This document shows positions 43,143-54,976 of a stretch of 64,000 bases of DNA, piece by piece. The position numbers and the translations under genes are program-made. This DNA is from Naegleria gruberi. Its lineage: Eukaryota. The stretch lies in the NCBI GenBank assembly GCA_000004985.1, contig GG738866.1; one strand, written 5' to 3'. The notes below the pieces were generated by a model, which did no database searches, was not told the origin of the DNA, and saw only the letters and a list, made by a program, of their open reading frames with translations. Positions within the stretch are counted from its first letter, which is position 1. Every line of letters begins with the position of its first letter.

Positions 43143-44561
43143 TTAATTTTGTGATGTCATGTATTTGTTATAAACAACTCTGGCAGCATGCATATCCAAT
43201 CTTCTTCTGAATAGAACAGTATCAGTCGATTTACACAACTCATAATCTTGAAAGGTGTTGGATTGTGGTCTATATGTTATAATGGCATGTTTAAATAATG
43301 ATTGAAAAACATTAGCAGGAATCTTTTCAACAAAATCAAGATAGGAAACAATATTATTTGGTGCGTTTAGCAACATTTCCCATGCACTGATAACATGTTG
43401 AGTTTCCCATAAAACTGGGCTAGAAATATTATTTCTAACTAGCTCAGAATAGAGCTCTGGTTTCAATACTGAAGTAAATTTGGTTACCACTGTACCAAAT
43501 TCAGAGTAGGAATCAAGCTCCATATTTGAGGCAGCAAATGCCTCAACAAATTTACTGAGATCGTGAATTCTTCCACCAAATCTCTCATAAACCTTTTCAA
43601 ACTCAGGTGCATTTTCTCTCTGTTCATCTGATATTACAATTCTATTCAGTAATGAATAGTAGGCAGATTCTGCCTCATCCTTTGGTAAATCTCCCAATCC
43701 TACAATTTGAATGGCCTCACGCAATGGCACATCACTCAACCAATCATAGAAAAACATAGGAGAGCATGTCATTACCACACGAATATTTCTCTTATCCCTT
43801 GTTAAATTAATAAGCCAAAATAAGAAGTATTCCAATGCTCTCATTCCAGTCTTATCCCTCGTCAGTGTACTAAATGCTTCCATATGATTAATGAAAAACA
43901 AGTGTGACTTATCATCAGGTAGTGAAACATGTTTAAATCTTCTCAGAGCTGTCTTGAATCTATTCAATGATTCAGCAGCTGCAGCTTCCTCACTTTGATT
44001 CTTATGATCATTTGAAGCTTCCTCCAAAACATCCAACTCTCCTCTAAATGTCTTACTCAATCCAGTTATAAAACTTGATATCAAATCCGAAAAATCAAAT
44101 CCCCTATCAATAAATCTACTTTCCAAACCATTTACATCATCGAATGGTGAATTTCTAACATCCAAATGAGTTACATCAAAAGGATAAGATTCCAAAACAC
44201 ATTTACTGGCCAATTTAGATCTTCCCGATTGTGGTATTCCAATCAATACAATCACTCTAGCAGCTGGTAATTTAATATAATTGGATAGTACTTGATATTC
44301 GAGTGGACGATCAAACCACACTGCATAATTACAAGGTTTCTGACTCTCATAATGATGCGTATTATTACATTTTGATTCACTTGGATTCATCAAATCACTC
44401 CTAGAATCCATTTCCGAGAGTAAAATTGCCTCCTTTCTCTTTGAATAAATAATTACTACAAAAGCTGCTGATCCTATTGCAGCTAGAGACCACGGATCAA
44501 CTAGATGCTCTGTAAATGTCTCACGGAAGAAATCATATGATTTTTTAACGAATGAAAACAT
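43143..44561 (-). CDS. Membrane-anchored P-loop NTPase-like protein, 472 aa, with an atypical Walker A motif (GxxxxGRS).
   Basis: N-terminal TM (SLAAIGSAAFVVIIYS), then a P-loop-like ..ARVIVLIGIPQSGRSKLASK.. with Arg where the Walker-A Lys is expected. A Walker-B-like hhhhD sits further on (NIRVVMTCSPMFFYD). Resembles archaeal-type ATPase (ATPase_2) folds. Family not certain. Confidence 0.55.
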   Translation of the reverse strand: MFSFVKKSYDFFRETFTEHLVDPWSLAAIGSAAFVVIIYSKRKEAILLSEMDSRSDLMNPSESKCNNTHHYESQKPCNYAVWFDRPLEYQVLSNYIKLPAARVIVLIGIPQSGRSKLASKCVLESYPFDVTHLDVRNSPFDDVNGLESRFIDRGFDFSDLISSFITGLSKTFRGELDVLEEASNDHKNQSEEAAAAESLNRFKTALRRFKHVSLPDDKSHLFFINHMEAFSTLTRDKTGMRALEYFLFWLINLTRDKRNIRVVMTCSPMFFYDWLSDVPLREAIQIVGLGDLPKDEAESAYYSLLNRIVISDEQRENAPEFEKVYERFGGRIHDLSKFVEAFAASNMELDSYSEFGTVVTKFTSVLKPELYSELVRNNISSPVLWETQHVISAWEMLLNAPNNIVSYLDFVEKIPANVFQSLFKHAIITYRPQSNTFQDYELCKSTDTVLFRRRLDMHAARVVYNKYMTSQN

Positions 44562-45112
44562 TTTTTTTAATTGAATTTTTTGGATTAATTTAAAATTGTA
44601 ATTGTTTTGAATTGAATGAATCTTAATAAGAGGAGTTTTAAATTATCAGAGGAGAAATAAGAAAATGTCCTCAATGAATCAATGATGAAGAGAGATGGTA
44701 TTAATAATATCACTTGCTCAAACTTGAATTGAATTTTTTACTGTAGTCGAAATACACAAGCATGCAACAATCCATGTACAAATAAGGTTTTCTTAGCGTA
44801 AAGTCTTGTCCAATTCTCCAAACACCACAATCTTGTCGCATATTATTTTCCGACAAGCAACAATCAAAGCGAAATTAATTACATCGCAAACCTTGCATTA
44901 TTAATAGAAGGCAGGATTAGAAAAAATCAACACACAACATCAATTACTTTTAATTTATTATTTTTAATTCTCCCCATCATTGTTATTATTTATTGATTGT
45001 TTGATTGTATCACTCTTTATCAATCATCATCATTATCAAATATATTTATTATTAATATAACTCTTATTTATTGAATTTTTCATATATATAACAACAACTT
45101 GTAAGCTTACAT

Positions 45113-47820
45113 ATGGCAGAAACAAAAAAGCAACAAGGATGGTTGAGTTATTGTCTCTCCTTCCTTGAAATTCCATTTAAAATTGTATTGAGTATTATTA
45201 TCAATACTTTGGATTATATTATTTTCAAGATTTCAGTCCTCTTGAAAGGAAAGAAAGCTTTGGTTCACGATTTACGTAAAGAATATGAAGATGATATTCT
45301 AGCTGCTCCATATTTCCCAAGTGCTGATGCCACCGAAATTGTATGTATTTTCTGGTCAATTAAGCTTACTGTTATACAACATAATATTATGTGATTGATA
45401 ATCAATTTATTATTCGGAAATGATGTTGTTATTACATTCTAATATTTGGATCGATATAGACAAATCGTGCTGAATACTTTGAAACTGAAGGTGTTAGTCC
45501 AATTTATCGTCACCTCATGTCTCATACTCGTAGTGGTGCTCTCGTTAAGAAGGAAAGTGTTTTAGATGAACTGCTCCCACCAAAGATTAGAGATAGATTG
45601 TTTGATGCCCAGGAAGCACAACGTAAAAAGGTCAAAAAGTTGCTCACTGATCGTGCCAAGAAAGACAAGGTTGAAAACATTCAACAATCTCGTTTTGAAG
45701 ATTTGAGCTATCCACAAGATGAACAAATTGCTGAAGCATCCCAAAGACAAGTTCCAGAAACTTTCTACAATTACTTTGAAAGTATTTTCAGAAAGTATGC
45801 CAAGAAGCCATGTGTTGGATACAGAACTTTGAAGAAGAATCATATTAAGGAAGTCATTGTTGATGATAAGAAAAAGACTTGGATTACTCCTGAATTCAAT
45901 GAGGAACCAGTTATTTTCACTTATGAACAGTTGGAACAAAAAGTTAATTATTTATCAAAGGCAATGCAAAAGTGTTTCAATTTGGAAAGCAGTGCTGGAG
46001 ATCAAGATTTCTTCACTTTCAATGATGAAAATGAAACTGACAAGACAAGAAACAGTCGTTTTGCAATTTATGATGATACTAGCTATGATTGGTTTGTCAC
46101 AGCTTTGGCTCTCTTCAAGCAAAATGTCACACTTGTCACCATTTATGCTAGTTTAGGTACTGATGCTTTGATTCAAGCTTTGAATGAATCAAAGGTATCT
46201 GGTGTCATGCTTAATTTTAGTTCATTGAAGGAAATTGTTCCAAGAATTGCTAAAGAATGTCCAAGAGTCAAGTATATTCTCTATAACAATAGAATGTGTG
46301 TAAATAATTCCGAAGAAGTTGAACAACGTGAAAAGCTCTTGAATGAACTCAATCAAAAGTATGGTAATGGTGTTGTCTTGACAACTATTGATGAACTTAT
46401 TGAAATGGGATCCCAAGAAAAGGGAGAATTCAAGATTAAGGGAACGCCACACGTCAGTACTGATATTCAAATTTTAATGTATACATCAGGATCTACTTCT
46501 GCTCCAAAAGCTGTCATGATTACTCACCACAATGTCTTGTCTGCCGTTGCATCCTTCAATTGCTGTATCGGTGTTGAAAGAGAAGAGGAATATATTCACA
46601 TTGCCTATTTGCCACTTGGTCACATTTTGGAAATTGTTGTCCATAGTATTATTCTCTTGAGAGGTGGTCAAATTTGTTATGGTAATGCTAGATTCCTAAG
46701 TGAAGGTACTGCTCTTCCTTCTGGTGATATTAAATTCTGGAGACCATCAGTTTTGGTTGGTGTCCCAAAGGTGTTTGATACTATCAAGAAGGGTGCTCAA
46801 CTCACTCTCCATTCTGTTGCTGAAAAGAGAGGTCCTTTCCTCGGTTGGCTTGTCAACACTCTCTTCAAGATGGCTTACAGTGCCAAGAAGAGAGCCCTTG
46901 CTGCTGGCAGAGATACTCCATTGTGGAATAAGATTATTTTCAAGAGATTTACTGATGGTGTTGGTGGCAGATTACAGTTAATGTTGTCTGGCGGTTCTGC
47001 TTTAATTCCTGAAACCCATGAATTTTTGAGAATTTGCATGAATAGTGTTTTCATTCAAGGATATGGTTTAACAGAAACTTGTGCCGGAACTTCTGTTGCT
47101 AATGCTTTCCAAACATTTTCCACTGGCCACACTGGTCCATTTGTACCATGTGTTGAAATTAGATTGTGTGACGTTCCTGAAATGGGTATGTTCCACAAGA
47201 ATCCAGGTGGCAATCCAAGAGGTGAATTGTGGGTAAGAGGTGAAAATATTACTCTTGGTTATTACAAGCAAAAGGATCTCACATTGGAAGCTTATGGTAA
47301 ATTGCCAAATGAAAGCTCTAATACCTTCTTCAAGACTGGAGATATTGTTGAAATTTTGCCAAATGGTTCCATCAAGATTATTGATCGTGTTAAGAATTTG
47401 ACCAAATTACAACATGGTGAATATGTTGCATTGAACAAGTTGGAAAGTATTTATGGAGATTCACCTTTCGTCCAACCAAATGGTATTCTCGTTTATGCTG
47501 ACAGTTATAGAGATTATCCTGTTGCTCTTGCCATGCCTCAAAATAAGTATTTGGAATCATTGGCTAAGGAAAAGGGAATTTCCTTTAACAAGGTTGAAGA
47601 ATTGTACACCAATCCACAAATCCTCAAAGCCATCTTGCAAAGTTTGGACAAGATTGCTACCAACTCTAAATTGGCATCTTATGAAAGAATTAAGGCCATC
47701 TATCTCTGTGAAACTGAATGGACTATTGAAAATAACATGCTTACAGCCACTCAAAAATTGAGAAGACATGCCATTACAGAACACTACAGAGATGCCATTG
47801 AAAAGATGTACAAACCTTAA
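45113..47820 (+). CDS. acsl: Long-chain fatty-acid--CoA ligase (acyl-CoA synthetase), two exons, about 862 aa.
   Basis: join(45113..45340,45460..47820). Exon 1 encodes an N-terminal membrane anchor and ends ..ADATEI at a GTATGT donor (phase 0). A 119-nt intron ends TATAG. Exon 2 has the AMP-binding signature YTSGSTSAPKAV, the GYGLTET motif, and the TGD..E..G..IIDR linker. Confidence 0.88.
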
Positions 47821-48239
47821 AATCTAGTTTAATGTAAATAAAATGATACTTTATTCACAATATTCTTTCTTTCAAATTTGGTAATAAGATTTAGCCGATG
47901 TTCCAATCACTATTGGAATAAACGAATTAAAATAATATTGAATATTTACAAAGTTTTCCCAAGTGATGTGGACAATTTTCAAGAAGTAAATGGTATTTTT
48001 CCAATTAATCCTATAATGATGATATTATTCACAGTGCATTCTTTAAATGATGATGACATTGTTGTGATATTTCCGAGAGATGATCAAGATTTCGGGAAAA
48101 CAACATTTGTGAAATCAAACAATTATAAATCCCTGGTCTACTAGTCTTTTTCAAAACTATTAATATAACCATCAGGGCTAAAATTTCCCGCTAAAATTAA
48201 CAATTTAAATTTCAAATAAAAAATAAATAGCTTTTGATA

Positions 48240-48863
48240 ATGAAACGGTCATTTTCAGATAGTAATTCTTCTCACAATGATGATGATGAGGAAGAAGATG
48301 CTTACAATGATGATGAATCATCTAACAAAACTTCTGAGCCAGTCCTAGAAAGCAATCGTAAGAAGAAGAGGCAAGAAAGCTCCTTTGTTTCCTCGCCTAC
48401 CTCCTCTTCAAGTGAAAGCACTGATGGTAATGTTGAACAACCAAGCATAGAAGTGAATCAACTCTTCCCTTATCCTGAAGATTGTCTTCCTGTCTGTAGA
48501 AGTGATAATCACAACAATATTATTATTGACAATGATAATGATGAATCTGATGTAGCTAGTGTGAATAATGATGAAGAATTGGCAGCCATCGCAACAGAAT
48601 TAATAGACACTGATCATTGTGTCCATTATAATATTATTAGTATTAATAATATTAATAACAATGTGGCTGATGTATTACCAGTACATGGCGCTCACTTGTT
48701 GCCTTGCTTCTACTCTGAGAGTATTCAATTGGTTGATAGCTTGTTTGATGATGATAGTGAAGTGAATACTGCCAGGCTTGAAGAAGACGAAGAAAAGAGC
48801 TTCTTCTTCCACTTGCCCATCATGAGCAAGATTCAGATTCATCAAATGATGAGGATACTTTGA
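48240..48863 (+). CDS. Acidic hypothetical protein, about 207 aa.
   Basis: ORF 48234..48863, first ATG at 48240. Asp/Glu/Asn-rich (NDDDEEEDAYNDDESS), no motif. Weak evidence beyond ORF length. Confidence 0.3.
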   Translation: MKRSFSDSNSSHNDDDEEEDAYNDDESSNKTSEPVLESNRKKKRQESSFVSSPTSSSSESTDGNVEQPSIEVNQLFPYPEDCLPVCRSDNHNNIIIDNDNDESDVASVNNDEELAAIATELIDTDHCVHYNIISINNINNNVADVLPVHGAHLLPCFYSESIQLVDSLFDDDSEVNTARLEEDEEKSFFFHLPIMSKIQIHQMMRIL

Positions 48864-49967
48864 TGAGTCATTCTAACAATATGGTTGAATATAGTGCCCC
48901 TACCAACAATGTAGTAATAGTGGATATTGCTGCTTGTGTGAGAGAAATTCAACAATATTTGAATTCCTTGATGCCATTGGGTCGTGTTGTAAATAGCGAA
49001 GAAAAGTATATTGACTCTCTACCAAGAGGTTACTAGGTATTAATGTGTTGCCATGGTTGCCAATAAAGTTGTTGTTTTTGCATTGACAATACCACCAATT
49101 TGTGTCTCTATGGAGTGTTGCAGCTAGTGCTGATGAAGGTTGAATGTGGAGTTTTTTGTTGGTTGTGAAAGGACAGACAACTTTTATCTTGGAAAGAGTG
49201 CGGTAAAACTGTTGTAAAGTGGTGATTGGTTCGCAGCAAAAATGCACAATCTTTGTCATTGAGAATTTGTCAGCAGAGCTAGAAGATTGGACTTGCAAAC
49301 AATCATTGGATTTACTTCTGGGTTTCTGTTGAAACAAAGTTGAATTTATTTGATAAATATCTAATATTCTTCGCCTTATTCAAAAATTCCTTCCAAGGTC
49401 TACAAAATGCATCTTGATCCCAACTCAATAGGCTATTGTTCATTGTGACAGAAGAACTTTGTGTACGGAGCACATTCAAATAAGAGACATAATTTTTGAG
49501 AAGGAGCAGACATCACCCTTAGTTTCCCTTAGAATTTTTGATTCGCACTCTGTATTTGAGAACCATTTGTTAGTAATATTTATGGAGCTAACACTCTGTA
49601 TCAGTACTATAAAGAGTATAACGACCAATATTTCAAAGCTTCAAATCATAGACATTGCCTATCAGATTTTGACTTTTTGTGAGTTGAGTACAAGAACCTT
49701 AATGGCACAATTCAAAATTTATTTGGAAATGTGCACTAGACTCGATTCGAAAATGGATAAATTGGATGTTCTGATACTATTATTCTATCTCGCTAAATTT
49801 GTTATTGAATCCATTGTTATTGTTATTGAGTTGACCTTATTGTTGTACATTTGTGTTTTTAAAAGTTAAACTGGTGATTTTCTTATATACATTAACGTTA
49901 GAATTATTTTGTATGGTACATTAAAAATACAATGACCTAGTAGCTGTTATGGTGGTATTTACAATCT

Positions 49968-50777
49968 CTATTTTTTCTTTAGGTTTTGCTCAATCTTGGC
50001 ATAGTAATCAGTGGTTTGAATCCAATCCATAAATGTTTCATTGACATGCTTTTTGGAAAAGTGTTGCGATGTATGTTCTTGGAATGCAAATGATGTTTGT
50101 CCTGGAGGTCTCCTTCTACTCGTATTAACAGCCAATGGAGGCATTGTTGAAAGGGAAAGGTTTAGTTTGGCTGATTTCTCAGAACATGAACCAACAGGTT
50201 TAAAGTTTTCTTTTGGATTTTTCCTTATTGCTCCCTGAGTTTGGTTTTGATTTGATTGTCCTGGTTTCAGTACTGCAGGAATAACATTCGGTGTATAACC
50301 TTGAGTTGTTGTCATTAAACTGCCAGTTGATTTACTCTTGGCTCTACTTCTTGTTCTTGCATAGTTTCGGGCAGTGGATGAAGTATTAGTAATGGTGGAG
50401 GATTGAGTTTGGAGTGGGAGAGTTCTAGTACTTTTCGAGGATTGCAAAGTGAGTGGACCATTCTTTGACTTGGATTCGTTAACAAGTGGTGGGAGAGCTG
50501 TAGAATCAGAGTTTGGACTTGAAGACTTTCTTCGGAAGGAAATTCTCCAAGATCTAGACTTTTTAACAAAGGACTCATTGTCACCAGATGAGTTATTATT
50601 TGAAGCATTCTCTAATTTTGTTCTTGTAGAGGCACTCAATTCTAATTGACTATTCGAAGAGTTATTGGTCTGTGTTGTAGTTGCCTGTAACCGAATAGCA
50701 GGATGTTTCTTGACGGTTAATGTATTGGGAGATGGTGCTGTAAAGAAGCATGAAAATAAATTAGCGAGTACTACCAT
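49968..50777 (-). CDS. Ser/Thr-rich hypothetical protein with an N-terminal hydrophobic segment, 269 aa.
   Basis: Complete ORF. N-terminus MVVLANLFSCFFTAP (signal or anchor). The rest is S/T/N-rich low complexity with R/K clusters. Confidence 0.4.
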   Translation of the reverse strand: MVVLANLFSCFFTAPSPNTLTVKKHPAIRLQATTTQTNNSSNSQLELSASTRTKLENASNNNSSGDNESFVKKSRSWRISFRRKSSSPNSDSTALPPLVNESKSKNGPLTLQSSKSTRTLPLQTQSSTITNTSSTARNYARTRSRAKSKSTGSLMTTTQGYTPNVIPAVLKPGQSNQNQTQGAIRKNPKENFKPVGSCSEKSAKLNLSLSTMPPLAVNTSRRRPPGQTSFAFQEHTSQHFSKKHVNETFMDWIQTTDYYAKIEQNLKKK

Positions 50778-52159
50778 GTTGTTGTTGTTGTTGTCTTGAT
50801 AGGTTTCTTCTGTTGATGATTGAAATTATTATTTGAAAAATTGAAAACTATTGTAAAGTTTCTTGTTGTGTTGTTTTTTTGATTGTATTCACGTATAATT
50901 TAAAATATCAGGTCAAACAATCAGCGGATTATACAATGAAATTGATAATATGAGAAATTGATGTCTATTGATGATGAACCTGCTTTGATGAGATGTTTTT
51001 AAATTAATGTCTTCAGAAGTTGTTAACTTGATGAGAGAATTGAGTATCCTCGTTATTACTGTAAAGAACAAGCACACGCAGCAAAGTAAACCAAATCTGA
51101 GAGAGAGATCTTTTGAATGTGCCGATAATATTGCTCAAATCTTAATATAGCAACAATGAAATGCACGACAAAGTTGAATGGCCAAACAATTATTGTAGTG
51201 CTCTACAGAGGTGTTGTTGTTGTTGTCTCTCTGTTGATGTTTTTGTTCCTACTTCTTCTTTGTTCAACAGCTAATGTTGTATTGATGAGAGACGAGTTTG
51301 TTTGCCGCTCTTTTTGTTGTTTTTTTTTCTCTTGATGAAAACTCGAATCGTGCTATTAACTGATTAAATGAAGAGTTTCAAAAGTTGGAGTTGTTGTAGA
51401 AATGTCAACACTGCAATACAAACTTGAAAAATAGTGATGAAGTTTGACAATACGGTATATTTGGAGGGAACTTTTATATTAAACGTCAAGAATTTAATAT
51501 TGTTGTTTTACCTTATGAGAACACTTTGAATATCGCGGGCTGATTATGTACTATTGAAGAATATGAGAGATGAGTATTTAATGTTGATGTCAAAACTCTT
51601 TGAAAGATTACTTTAATTTTGTATTTAATATTATGATTATTGACAGTTATTGTCAAAATGATGATGAATTGCACAGCAATTAATGATAATGTTAAAAGAT
51701 TAACACAATGATAGATTTAAAGGATCTTTTTTTAAAATTATTAATATCAAGTTGACAGGATGATTAAGATTGTGAAAAAACGTGTTGATTTTTCTGTTTA
51801 AATAACGTGCTGACAAGTGTTTGCGAAAAAGAAAGAACCTGTCAATTCTTACTAGTTCGGCAAAACACCTTTTATGTAAAATGATGTTTTTTTAAAGTGT
51901 TGAAAAGTGAAGTAAAATGTTCGGCTTGCTATTTTGTTGTTGTGTGTACTTTCTTGTCAAAAGACATTTCACAAGATGAACCATCTTGGCCATTCATTAT
52001 CTATTCGAAACTTTGTAAAATACAATGAATCACTACAGTTCTAACAAGTTCTGTATTGCTTCATACTCTTTTAATACAATCTACAGTTTCAAACTTTCCG
52101 CTACTCTATCTGAAACTCCTAGTTCTCTCTTCCCCTTCAAATGAACTTACTGAAAAAAA

Positions 52160-53077
52160 ATGAACAAATTGACAGCCTTCTTCAAACAGCACCAATCGAA
52201 AAGTAACCTCGCCGATGCCACTGATGATTTAGCCTCTGTAGAAATCAGAACAACACCTTCTGCGCAATCACCAACAATAAAAAATACAAAAAATGCGGCA
52301 AACGATAATCGGCATGCAACGACGGAAATTAAGGAAACAAATGATGATAGTAAATTAAATAATGATGATGATGATCACAATGATAAGGATGAGAATGGTC
52401 AGAAGAATGAGATGGTGGAGGAGGATTATTATTGCGGGATTTATATGAAGAAATTAAATATTGATTTGCCGATTGAGTTGGTTATTTTGATTGCTCAATT
52501 TATGGATTTGAAACAATTGTATAATTTTGCAAGGTGTAATAGTAGAACGTTTAAGGTTTTCTTTAATGTTGATAAGAGAGATATTGGAAAGGAGAAGAAT
52601 GAGATGAGAGATGAGAAGGATTTGGATTTTAATAGAGTTCAAGTGCTTGTTTGGAAATTGTTGGCAGTTTCGTATTTTCCAAGAGTGGATCATAACCTCA
52701 ATGTTAAAAATTGGATGCAATTTTTGAGGAAACGAATGAAACATATCAAGGGTAACGGGTACGACTTTAAATTGGATATTCCATCATTTGTAAATTCAAA
52801 TATGGATGAGGAAATTATTGAAAATTGTGAATGGGTCTATAAGTGTCCATTAAGTTATTTCAATTTGAGTGGTGATGAAATAGATGTCAAGTTTTGTAAT
52901 GTTTGTGAAAAGCATGTCTATTTGGTTGACTCTTTGGAATCATTTCGTGAGAGGGTTGGTCGTGGAAATTGTGTTGCATTTACCTCGAAATTGTATCTTT
53001 ATGACGAACCATTAATGGGTGAATGTGTGGCAGATATTGATTATGATACAATACCTTTTGATATTCAAGAGAATTAG
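52160..53077 (+). CDS. F-box-like protein with a C-terminal Cys-rich, zinc-finger-like module, 305 aa.
   Basis: F-box-like: LPIELVILIAQFMDLKQLYNFARCNSRTFKVF. C-terminus: CEWVYKCPLSYF..FCNVCEKHVY..GRGNCVAF (C-x5-C...C-x2-C...C). An acidic N-terminal tail. Confidence 0.5.
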   Translation: MNKLTAFFKQHQSKSNLADATDDLASVEIRTTPSAQSPTIKNTKNAANDNRHATTEIKETNDDSKLNNDDDDHNDKDENGQKNEMVEEDYYCGIYMKKLNIDLPIELVILIAQFMDLKQLYNFARCNSRTFKVFFNVDKRDIGKEKNEMRDEKDLDFNRVQVLVWKLLAVSYFPRVDHNLNVKNWMQFLRKRMKHIKGNGYDFKLDIPSFVNSNMDEEIIENCEWVYKCPLSYFNLSGDEIDVKFCNVCEKHVYLVDSLESFRERVGRGNCVAFTSKLYLYDEPLMGECVADIDYDTIPFDIQEN

Positions 53078-53107
53078 AAATATTTTAATATTTATTACAA
53101 TTTAAAA

Positions 53108-54976
53108 ATGGTAGAACAGAAAAAGAGAAAGAATGAAGACTCAGATTTATTTGTGAAAGAAAAGAAGCAGAAAAATAACGAGCCTTCCTCCGATCATGTT
53201 GGAAATCTTTTCAGTTCATCTTCCAGTTTACTTCGTCCATTTATTTATGAATCCGATCAGTTTCGTTTCTTTGTATTTAAATATCCATCTCCTTGTACCA
53301 AATTAGAATATTCACATGTTTCCAGCAAGTCATTCTTCATCAAAGTTACAATACAAGATGCTATTCCTATTGAAAATATATTAGAAACATTTCCATCAAT
53401 TATTACTAAAGGATTGAAGGAAAATACGAAACCAGAAGAAACTTTGTTGCATTCCGAAGCCATTCCCAACGATGTTTCTGTAGAGAGTATCAAATATGGA
53501 ATGTATAGAATGAAAGGCGATCATCTTGACGATAGGGTTTACATTATCATATTTGAAAAGAGCCAACGAGAAACTAATCTTCCAACACTTGACCATGATT
53601 ATTCCAAATTTATAACAGAATTGACATCCTCATATGGGAAAGAAATATTTTCTGATGATTTACTTTTTGAAATTCTTTCTTATTTAGATCAGAATTCAAT
53701 TATTCTAAATTGTTCCTTAATCTCCAAACAATGGTTGAAAATAATTCAAAAATCCTGTAAATTTAAATTCAAAGTTACAAGTTGGCGTTCTACCAACTTG
53801 ATGGGAGGTATTTTTTCTCCATGTTTTTCACAATTGCGAGTAGATGTTTGCAAGAACAATTTTTGTGACCAAGTGGTAAAGTTGAACAATTTAACAAATA
53901 TCAAATTTAGGACCACTAGTGGTGTTATGGATGTGTTGGATATAATCAAAGAAATGAAGCAAGTAACTTGGCTTGATATGAAGGGAGTGTCTATATTTAA
54001 AGATAGTTTTCTTAAGAAAATTGGTGAGCTGAGTCAATTGAAAACACTCGACATAGCCAATGCTGCTGGTGATAGGAGCAGATTTAGTAAGGGCATAAAA
54101 TATCTGGGAAACTTGATGAATTTATCTGAGCTTTATATCAACTCAAATGAAATTGGTGACAATGGCGCTGAAGATATTAGTGGAATGAAACAATTAACTA
54201 AACTTGACGTTTCTTCAAATGATATTACTACTAAAGGAGCCAAGCACATTAGTAAATTGAACAAACTAGTATCCCTAAAAATGGAGGAAAATATGATCGA
54301 TGCACAAGGAATTAAATATATTACCGATCAATTGAATCAATTAACAGAACTTGATATTGGTTCAAACGATCTTGGTGTATTGGGGGCAAAAGCAGTCAGT
54401 GAATTGTCCCAATTAACGTCACTGAGTATTGAAAACAATAATCTGCTCAACGAAGGAGCTGCTTATATCAGTAGATTACTGAATTTGACTGATCTTTGCA
54501 TTAATTCTAATCAAATTGATAGTGAAGGAGCCAAAGATATTATCAAATTGAAACAATTAACAACACTATTTATATCTGGCAACTCTCTTCTAGATGAAGG
54601 AGCCAAGTTAATTAGTGAGCTAAATAACTTAACCGTACTTGATATTTCAGACAATGAATTAACTGATGAAGGGGTAGAGCCAATCAGTAAATTGAAGCAA
54701 TTGAAGACACTTGAAATTGACGAAAATCAAATTAGTGATGAAGGAATAGAGTCAATTTGTGGACTCAATCAATTAACTGAGCTTAACATTGATTATAATC
54801 TCATATCTGCAGAAGGATTAAGTTCTATAAGCGGGAATGAGATTGGAGATGAAGGTGCAGAGATTATTGGTGACTTGACAAATTTGAAAGAGCTTACAGT
54901 AGACCAGAACTCAAGATCCAAGTACCATGAAATCTTGAAAACAAAATTACCATTATTAACGATCAAGAAAATTTAA
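53108..54976 (+). CDS. F-box/LRR (RNI-type) protein, 622 aa.
   Basis: F-box: LLFEILSYLDQNSIILNCSLISKQWLKIIQ. Followed by ~14 tandem 24-28-aa RNI-like LRRs (..LDISDNELTDEGVEPISKLKQLKTLEIDENQISDEGIESICGLNQL..). Confidence 0.75.
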   Translation: MVEQKKRKNEDSDLFVKEKKQKNNEPSSDHVGNLFSSSSSLLRPFIYESDQFRFFVFKYPSPCTKLEYSHVSSKSFFIKVTIQDAIPIENILETFPSIITKGLKENTKPEETLLHSEAIPNDVSVESIKYGMYRMKGDHLDDRVYIIIFEKSQRETNLPTLDHDYSKFITELTSSYGKEIFSDDLLFEILSYLDQNSIILNCSLISKQWLKIIQKSCKFKFKVTSWRSTNLMGGIFSPCFSQLRVDVCKNNFCDQVVKLNNLTNIKFRTTSGVMDVLDIIKEMKQVTWLDMKGVSIFKDSFLKKIGELSQLKTLDIANAAGDRSRFSKGIKYLGNLMNLSELYINSNEIGDNGAEDISGMKQLTKLDVSSNDITTKGAKHISKLNKLVSLKMEENMIDAQGIKYITDQLNQLTELDIGSNDLGVLGAKAVSELSQLTSLSIENNNLLNEGAAYISRLLNLTDLCINSNQIDSEGAKDIIKLKQLTTLFISGNSLLDEGAKLISELNNLTVLDISDNELTDEGVEPISKLKQLKTLEIDENQISDEGIESICGLNQLTELNIDYNLISAEGLSSISGNEIGDEGAEIIGDLTNLKELTVDQNSRSKYHEILKTKLPLLTIKKI

